From Comamonas sp. (GTDB lineage: Bacteria > Pseudomonadota > Gammaproteobacteria > Burkholderiales > Burkholderiaceae_C), in contig JADMKK010000024.1 of assembly GCA_015478895.1 (NCBI GenBank), positions 37,803 to 101,802 on the forward strand: a DNA stretch of 64,000 nucleotides. Reading direction: 5' to 3'. Each line of letters begins with the position of its first letter. Within the stretch, counting starts at the first letter, position 1. Positions 58,458 to 64,000 of this stretch are shown one piece after another. The position numbers were made by a program, and so were the translations under genes. Under the pieces are notes generated by a model. The model was not told the origin of the DNA. It made no database searches and saw only the letters and a list, made by a program, of their open reading frames with translations.

Positions 58458-58578
58458 GGCACGTTTTCATTAAGCAAGACGGGCCGCACGACAATGAATC
58501 AGCAGCGGACGAACGGACCATGTTGTTGCAATGCAGCAATATCGTCAACCTGTCGCTGTCACCTAGTTGTGACAGGTA

Positions 58579-59070
58579 TTAACGCTTATGCGTGTAGCGC
58601 ACAAAGCTAAACGCCAGCCCCTTGGCGCTGACAAGATCCTCGCGTGCGCTGGCTTGCCATTCGGGGCCCAACTCGGGCGCAAAGGCATCGCCCTCATAGT
58701 CCTGGTGGATCACCGTCATTTCCACCACGTCCGCCAGCGGCAGGGCCTGGGCGTAGATTTGCGCCCCGCCCATCACCCAGACGGTGTCGCCGTGTTTGGC
58801 ACCGTGTTGCAGGGCTTCTGGCAGGCTGCTGGCGCGCAGCACGCCTTCAGCGCTCCAGTCGGCATTGCGTGTGACCACAATATTCGTGCGGCCGGGCAGG
58901 GGGCGAAAGCGCTCCGGCAGTGAATCCCAGGTTTTGCGGCCCATGACCACGGGGTTGCCGCTGGTCAACTTTTTGAAGTGGGCCAAATCCTCGGGCAGAT
59001 GCCAGGGCATGGTGTTGTTCAAACCAATCACGCCATTGGCGGCGCGGGCATAAATCAGGTGAATGGCCAT
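58579..59070 (-). CDS. folA: Dihydrofolate reductase
   Basis: MPWHLPEDL, VMGRKTW, PLPGRTN, MGGAQIY. Confidence 0.97.
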   Translation of the reverse strand: MAIHLIYARAANGVIGLNNTMPWHLPEDLAHFKKLTSGNPVVMGRKTWDSLPERFRPLPGRTNIVVTRNADWSAEGVLRASSLPEALQHGAKHGDTVWVMGGAQIYAQALPLADVVEMTVIHQDYEGDAFAPELGPEWQASAREDLVSAKGLAFSFVRYTHKR

Positions 59071-59099
59071 GGAGCAAGCAATGAAGCGTTATAAAAAAG

Positions 59100-59179
59100 A
59101 GAGCTGCTTGCCCTAGGTATTCATAGACTTTAAATAGGTTGGTATCTGAAGTGCTTGAATTACCACGGCAAGTAGCTCT
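59100..59179. repeat. 80-bp palindromic element, copy 6
   Basis: AGAGCTGCTTGCCC...ACGGCAAGTAGCTCT ends, between thyA and folA. Confidence 0.8.
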
Positions 59180-59194
59180 TGTTTTTGATAGCAG

Positions 59195-60016
59195 TTAGAC
59201 GGCGACTGGCGCTTTGATGGCCGGATGGTGCTCGTAACCCAGCATTTCAAAATCTTCAAACACATAGTCAAAGATGGAGTCGGGTTTGCGCTTGATGTTC
59301 AGAGTGGGGTAGGCCAACGGCTGGCGCGACAACTGGGTCTGAACCTGTTCAAAGTGGTTGTTGTAAATATGGCAATCGCCACCCGTCCAGATGAAATCGC
59401 CCACCTTCAGATCACATTGCTGCGCCAGCATGTGGGTCAGCAGCGCGTAGCTGGCGATGTTGAAGGGCACGCCCAGGAAGATATCAGCGCTGCGCTGATA
59501 CAGCTGGCAGCTCAACTTGCCATCGGCCACGTAAAACTGGAAAAGCGCATGGCAAGGCATCAACGCCATCTGATCCAGATCGGCCACGTTCCATGCGCTG
59601 ACGATGATGCGGCGGCTGTCCGGGTTGGTCTTGAGCTGCTGGACGACTTCGCTGATCTGGTCAATGTAGGTGCCATCGGCCTTGGGCCAGCTGCGCCACT
59701 GCACGCCATACACGGGGCCAAGACTGCCGTCTTCGCGCGCCCATTCGTCCCAGATCGTGCAGCCGCGCTCTTGCAGCCATTTCACATTGCTGTCGCCCCG
59801 CAGGAACCACAGCAATTCGTTAATGATGGATTTCAGGTGCACCTTCTTGGTGGTGACCAGCGGAAAACCTTCGCTCAGGTCAAAGCGCATCTGGTGACCA
59901 AACACGCTGCGCGTGCCGGTGCCAGTGCGGTCACCTTTGCTCACGCCATGTTCGTACACATGGCGCATGAAGTCTTCGTATTGGGAACGGACAGGGCGGT
60001 CTGTGGAAGTGGTCAT
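59195..60016 (-). CDS. thyA: Thymidylate synthase
   Basis: [36 protein letters not shown]; start set at ATG 60016. Confidence 0.97.
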   Translation of the reverse strand: MTTSTDRPVRSQYEDFMRHVYEHGVSKGDRTGTGTRSVFGHQMRFDLSEGFPLVTTKKVHLKSIINELLWFLRGDSNVKWLQERGCTIWDEWAREDGSLGPVYGVQWRSWPKADGTYIDQISEVVQQLKTNPDSRRIIVSAWNVADLDQMALMPCHALFQFYVADGKLSCQLYQRSADIFLGVPFNIASYALLTHMLAQQCDLKVGDFIWTGGDCHIYNNHFEQVQTQLSRQPLAYPTLNIKRKPDSIFDYVFEDFEMLGYEHHPAIKAPVAV

Positions 60017-60293
60017 GGGCGGAATCTGCAAAACAAAAACAAAACCGCCCAGCGGGGCAAGCAACACAGCACTTGCAACGACTACGGGCGGCCGATGGGC
60101 GATTGTGCCATGTGCCCCCACCTGCTGCGCTCCCAAGGATTTGCGGCATTGGCGGACAGACAGCGGCGCAATTCCTTTCAAAAATGTGACGCAAAGCTTT
60201 GTTCCAAAGCGCCAATAACGCTGGGTTACCAGCACAGTCACCAGCACAGCCCGCCTGTTTTTGACAGCGCGGGCTTCGTAGAAAGATGTAAAG

Positions 60294-60908
60294 ATGAAAC
60301 GCTTGTTAACCCCCTGGCACACCTTGGCCGTACTGGCTGCGGTAGCCGGCTTGGCCGCCTGTGAACCCTCTACGCCACCGGCTCCCAAGATGGACAGCGC
60401 CGCGCCCGCAGTTTCCGCGCCGCCTGCCGCTGCGGTGACCGACGCCGTGCAGACGATGGGTGCCGATGCCGCCACAGTGGCTGCCAGTGCGGATGTTGCT
60501 GCCGCAACCCCGGTCAGTAGCTTGCAGTCTTCGCCCCTGTCCAGCCTTCGAGAATATGTGGGTCGCTATCCCAGCGACAGCAACGTAAGCTTTTTAGAGC
60601 AGGGTGTTCTGGCAGATCGGCTCAAACAGTTGCTGGGCAAGGACTACCCCACCTTGCTGTCCAATCTGCGTACCGTCAGCCCCTTGACTGCCGATGCTGG
60701 ACGCTGGTTCATTACAGGAAACCGCCCTCATGAGGGTGGCACGGAAGCCGCCGCAGTCGTGGTGGATGCTCCCCAAAATGCCATCCGTGTCTGGATGCTG
60801 CACGAAGGCAAAGTGACCGAATACCAAGACCCCCGCCAAGTGAACGTACCCTGGCCGATAGATGTGCAGACGATGCTGGACAACCAGAAGGCATCCGCAA
60901 AAGGCTAA
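60294..60908 (+). CDS. Lipoprotein, possibly Ivy-like C-terminal domain
   Basis: Lipobox LAA-C, Ala/Pro linker, TVSP...GNRPHEGG. Confidence 0.82.
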   Translation: MKRLLTPWHTLAVLAAVAGLAACEPSTPPAPKMDSAAPAVSAPPAAAVTDAVQTMGADAATVAASADVAAATPVSSLQSSPLSSLREYVGRYPSDSNVSFLEQGVLADRLKQLLGKDYPTLLSNLRTVSPLTADAGRWFITGNRPHEGGTEAAAVVVDAPQNAIRVWMLHEGKVTEYQDPRQVNVPWPIDVQTMLDNQKASAKG

Positions 60909-60963
60909 CGACTAAAAGCTTCAAAGGCTAAAAACCTAAAAAAGCTATTGCCTTAGCTAGATG

Positions 60964-61000
60964 AAAAAACGCCACGTTGTGACCGTGGCGTTTTGTTTTT
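60964..61000. terminator. Bidirectional terminator
   Basis: AAAACGCCACG-loop-CGTGGCGTTTT between convergent genes. Confidence 0.8.
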
Positions 61001-61023
61001 TAAAGAAAGTGCTGGTTACAGTG

Positions 61024-62445
61024 TCACACCTTCAAGACGCAGCCCGGATTCATGATGCCCTGCGGGTCCAGCGCCTGTTTGATGGCGCGCATCATGCCCA
61101 GTGCTACGGGGGATTTGTAATGCTCCAGCTTGTTGGCCTTGAGCGCGCCCACGCCGTGCTCTGCGGAAAAAGAGCCACCAAATAGCGCCACTGCGTCGTA
61201 TACCAGATCGTTGACCAGCGACTCTTTTTCATCCAGAAAGCTTTGGCCATGTTGCCCTTCGGGTACCTGCACGTTGTAGTGCAGGTTGCCATCGCCCAGG
61301 TGGCCAAAGTTCACCAGGCGCACACCGGGAATTTCGCGCTGCAGTACGGCATCGGCGTGTTCGACAAAAGCAGGGATTTTCGAGGCTTGGATAGAGATGT
61401 CGTGCTTGATGTTCAGGCCTTCTTCAGCCTGCGCCAGCGGAATGCTTTCGCGGATGTGCCACAACTCATGGGCCTGTGCCATGCTCTCGGCCACCACGGC
61501 ATCCAGCACGCAGCCGTCTTCAAAAGCCAGTTCCAGCAAATGCTCAAAACGTGTGCGGGCGTGGGCTTCTGACTCGCTGTCGGAGTTCTCCAGCAACACG
61601 CAGTAGGGCGCATCCGCCATGTCGGCGAAAGGCACACGCAGCTGGGGCATGTGTTTGACAACCAATGACAGGGCGAACTTGCCCATTACTTCAAAGCCAG
61701 TCAGGCCTGCAGCCAGGTGCTGGTGCGCCAAGCCGAGCAGGCGCACGGCAGCTTCCATGCTGGGCACCGCGGCGAAGGCGGTCAGCTGTGCCACGGGTTG
61801 CGGGAACAGCTTCATGGTGGCAGCGGTGATGATGCCCAGCGTGCCTTCGCTGCCAATGAGCAGATCGCGCAGGTCGTAGCCTGTGTTGTCTTTGCGCAGG
61901 CCGGTCAAGCCATCCCACACTTGGCCTTGCGGCGTCACCACTTCCAGTCCCAGACACAACTCCCGCGTATTGCCATAGCGCAGCACCTGCGTGCCGCCCG
62001 CATTGGTGCCGAGATTGCCGCCAATGGTGCAACTGCCTTCGGCCGCTAAAGACAGGGGGAATAAGAATCCGGCCTTGTCAGCCGTTTCTTGCAGGGTTTG
62101 CAATATCACCCCGGCTTCCACCGTGATGGTCAGGTTGTCGGTATCGAGCTGGCGAATGGTATTCATGCGCTGCAAATTCAGCACCACTTGCTGGCCGCTG
62201 CTGTCAGGTGTGGAGCCCACCGATAGCCCCGTGTTGCCCCCTTGCGGCACGACGCTGATACCCGCTGCTGCGCAGGCTTGCACCACGGCCGCGACTTCTT
62301 GCGTGGTGGATGGGCGCACCACGGCCAGCGACTTGCCGTGGCTGCGCTTGCGCCAGTCTTGCTCATAGGCGCTCAAGTCGCCCTCGGTCAATACATGGTT
62401 AGCGCCCACGATAGTGCGCAGGGTGTGCAGCAATGTTTCTTGCAT
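61024..62445 (-). CDS. FAD-binding 2-hydroxyacid oxidoreductase (D-2-hydroxyglutarate dehydrogenase-like)
   Basis: PQGGNTG, GNLGTNAGG, GSEGTLGII, HLGDGNLHYN, SAEHGVG. Confidence 0.92.
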   Translation of the reverse strand: MQETLLHTLRTIVGANHVLTEGDLSAYEQDWRKRSHGKSLAVVRPSTTQEVAAVVQACAAAGISVVPQGGNTGLSVGSTPDSSGQQVVLNLQRMNTIRQLDTDNLTITVEAGVILQTLQETADKAGFLFPLSLAAEGSCTIGGNLGTNAGGTQVLRYGNTRELCLGLEVVTPQGQVWDGLTGLRKDNTGYDLRDLLIGSEGTLGIITAATMKLFPQPVAQLTAFAAVPSMEAAVRLLGLAHQHLAAGLTGFEVMGKFALSLVVKHMPQLRVPFADMADAPYCVLLENSDSESEAHARTRFEHLLELAFEDGCVLDAVVAESMAQAHELWHIRESIPLAQAEEGLNIKHDISIQASKIPAFVEHADAVLQREIPGVRLVNFGHLGDGNLHYNVQVPEGQHGQSFLDEKESLVNDLVYDAVALFGGSFSAEHGVGALKANKLEHYKSPVALGMMRAIKQALDPQGIMNPGCVLKV

Positions 62446-62469
62446 GGCGAAGCTTTCAGAAAATGGCTT

Positions 62470-62895
62470 TTAAGCGGTAGTGGGGGCTTGCGCCTGAGAG
62501 TGCGCTTGGGCCTGTGCTGCCTTCACTGCTTTTTGACGCAGGCGTACATGCAGCGCGCAGGCAATAAACAGCAGCAGGCACAGTGCAACTTCCACCATGG
62601 CCAGGTAGTTGCTGGGCGCCTTGTCACTCCAGGCGCGCACCACGCCCTCGGTAAAGTACAGCCACACCACCAGGCTGACCCAGCGGTAGGTATACATGCG
62701 GTGCTTGAGCAGGCCAATCAGCGGCAGGCACAACGGCAGGGCTTTGAGTACCAGCCACGAGCCGCCGGGGCGCAGCGGTGCCAGCCACAGCTCCCACAAA
62801 ACGGAGAGCACGATGAGCCCGAGCAAGCTGCCCACAGCGAGCCAGCGGGTGGCAGCTACGTCGCTGCCGGGGATGTTGTTGGTTGTGGAAGTCAT
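62470..62895 (-). CDS. DUF2069-type membrane protein
   Basis: WELWLAPLRPGGSWL, YRW and YFTEGVVRA, hydrophobic; 3' part of track ORF 62470..63576. Confidence 0.85.
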   Translation of the reverse strand: MTSTTNNIPGSDVAATRWLAVGSLLGLIVLSVLWELWLAPLRPGGSWLVLKALPLCLPLIGLLKHRMYTYRWVSLVVWLYFTEGVVRAWSDKAPSNYLAMVEVALCLLLFIACALHVRLRQKAVKAAQAQAHSQAQAPTTA

Positions 62896-62943
62896 CGGAG
62901 TGGCATCATACGGCCCATGCCCCTGACCTTCCATCGTGCGCGC

Positions 62944-64000
62944 ATGCGCATGCGTCAATTGCTGCAAACGCTCAAGCTCTTTCCTTGGCGCAATACGCTG
63001 CAGACGCTGCAAACCCGCTTTCAGCAAGACCAGCTGGGTTTGACTGCCAGCAGCCTGACGTTCACCACGCTGTTGGCGCTGGTGCCGTTTTTTACGGTGC
63101 TGCTGTCGGTGTTTACGGCCTTCCCCAGTTTTGGCCGTTTGCAAGAAACCCTGCAGCGCTGGCTGGTAGACAGCTTGATTCCCCGGGAAATTGCCGAGCA
63201 GGTTATGGACTACCTGGTGCAGTTTTCCAGCAAGGCCAGCCAGCTCGGAATTGTGGGCCTGGCCTTTTTGCTGCTGACCGTGGTGAGCTTGATTTTGACC
63301 ATGGACAAAACGCTCAACCAGATCTGGCGCGTGCAGCACATGCGCCCGCTGGGCCAGCGTTTGCTGATTTACTGGGGGGTCATTACCTTTGGCCCGCTGC
63401 TGATGGGCCTGAGCATTGCCACCACTTCCTATGTGCTGTCTGCCTCCAGCGGGCTGGTGGCGGGCTTGCCCGAAGGCCTGCAGATAGGCTTTAACTCGCT
63501 GGAGTTTTTGCTGCTGTCTGCCGCCATGGCGGCGCTCTATCACTTTGTGCCCAATACGCCGGTCAAATGGCGGCATGCGTGGGCGGGCGGCCTGTTTGTG
63601 GCGGCTGGCATGGCGCTAGCCAAGAATGTGCTGGGTCTGTATCTGTCGACCGTGCCCACGTATTCGGCCATTTACGGCACTTTTGCCACGCTGCCCATCT
63701 TGCTGATCTGGATCTACACCTGCTGGGTGATCTTTTTGCTGGGGGCTGTCATTGCCGCTTATTGGCCGAGCCTGATGAGCGGTACGAGTCGCAACATCCA
63801 CCACCCAGGCTGGAAGCTGGAGCTGGCACTGGAAGTGATTGCCGCGCTGGAGCCCTACCGCGATCAGGAGCAACGCGGCCTGCCCGCGCTGGTGCTGGCC
63901 AAGCGGCTGCGCGTGGACAGGCTGCAGCTAGAGCCTTCGCTGGCGGCGCTGACGGCCATTCGCTGGGTAGGGGCCATGCCGGACACCGGCACCTCGTACC
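62944..64000 (+). CDS. YihY/BrkB family inner membrane protein, cut by window edge
   Basis: Not in ORF track. Manual translation: DQLGLTASSLTFTTLLALVP...LNQIWRV...LYHFVPN...YSAIYGTFATLPILLIWIY. Confidence 0.88.
   Translation, partial: MRMRQLLQTLKLFPWRNTLQTLQTRFQQDQLGLTASSLTFTTLLALVPFFTVLLSVFTAFPSFGRLQETLQRWLVDSLIPREIAEQVMDYLVQFSSKASQLGIVGLAFLLLTVVSLILTMDKTLNQIWRVQHMRPLGQRLLIYWGVITFGPLLMGLSIATTSYVLSASSGLVAGLPEGLQIGFNSLEFLLLSAAMAALYHFVPNTPVKWRHAWAGGLFVAAGMALAKNVLGLYLSTVPTYSAIYGTFATLPILLIWIYTCWVIFLLGAVIAAYWPSLMSGTSRNIHHPGWKLELALEVIAALEPYRDQEQRGLPALVLAKRLRVDRLQLEPSLAALTAIRWVGAMPDTGTSY

Noticed and set aside
8532-59179. 80-bp elements as CRISPR repeats or integron attC sites
   Set aside because: They are dispersed rather than arrayed, have no spacers or cas/intI genes, and lack RYYYAAC/GTTRRRY ends.
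60225-60250. Direct repeat ACCAGCACAG x2 upstream of the lipoprotein and thyA
   Set aside because: Two copies of a 10-mer with no other support; could be chance.
53990-64000. KOPS (GGGNAGGG) polarity as support for the origin
   Set aside because: Few sites seen and in both orientations (53997 minus; 58884 and 63963 plus), so uninformative.
1-64000. tRNA, rRNA, transposase, integrase or prophage genes
   Set aside because: No cloverleaf-compatible sequence in the intergenic gaps inspected and no recombinase or phage motifs in the ORF track.

Overview
Chromosomal segment of a Burkholderiales (Comamonadaceae-like) bacterium; the taxon is inferred from gene order and sequence style. Left to right: partial Anbu proteasome-like gene, mutS, suhB/trmJ/cysE, nitroreductase, map, the TCA cluster (gltA-sdhE-sdhBADC-GntR-mdh-citE-like-acnB), an orphan Pro/Thr-repeat lipoprotein, a solo ParB-like gene, trhP(yegQ), a type II secretion cluster (gspC plus gspGHIJKLMNDEF), an old-yellow-enzyme gene, a ~10 kb acyl-CoA catabolic island, ybgC-tolQRA, nusB-ribH-ribBX, a ferredoxin, a DnaA-box/IHF-site intergenic region (candidate oriC), gshA, an MCP, a PPP phosphatase, folA-thyA and a partial yihY. 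Strongest non-routine signals: (1) the catabolic island has no integrase and is bracketed by a 170-bp direct repeat containing the last 28 codons of tolA, so tolA appears to be the insertion site; (2) six copies of an exactly 80-bp palindromic element lie just 3' of genes, one copy is inside each island-flanking repeat, and a related sequence appears in-frame inside trmJ; (3) the island encodes a cysteine-less thiolase-fold protein with a DUF35 partner, suggesting a retro-aldol beta-oxidation variant for an unknown substrate; (4) the candidate oriC is not next to dnaA and carries unexplained palindromes; (5) GspE lacks the tetracysteine zinc subdomain. No rRNA, tRNA, CRISPR array, transposase or integrase was recognised. 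All assignments come from reading motifs by eye; no database searches were run.
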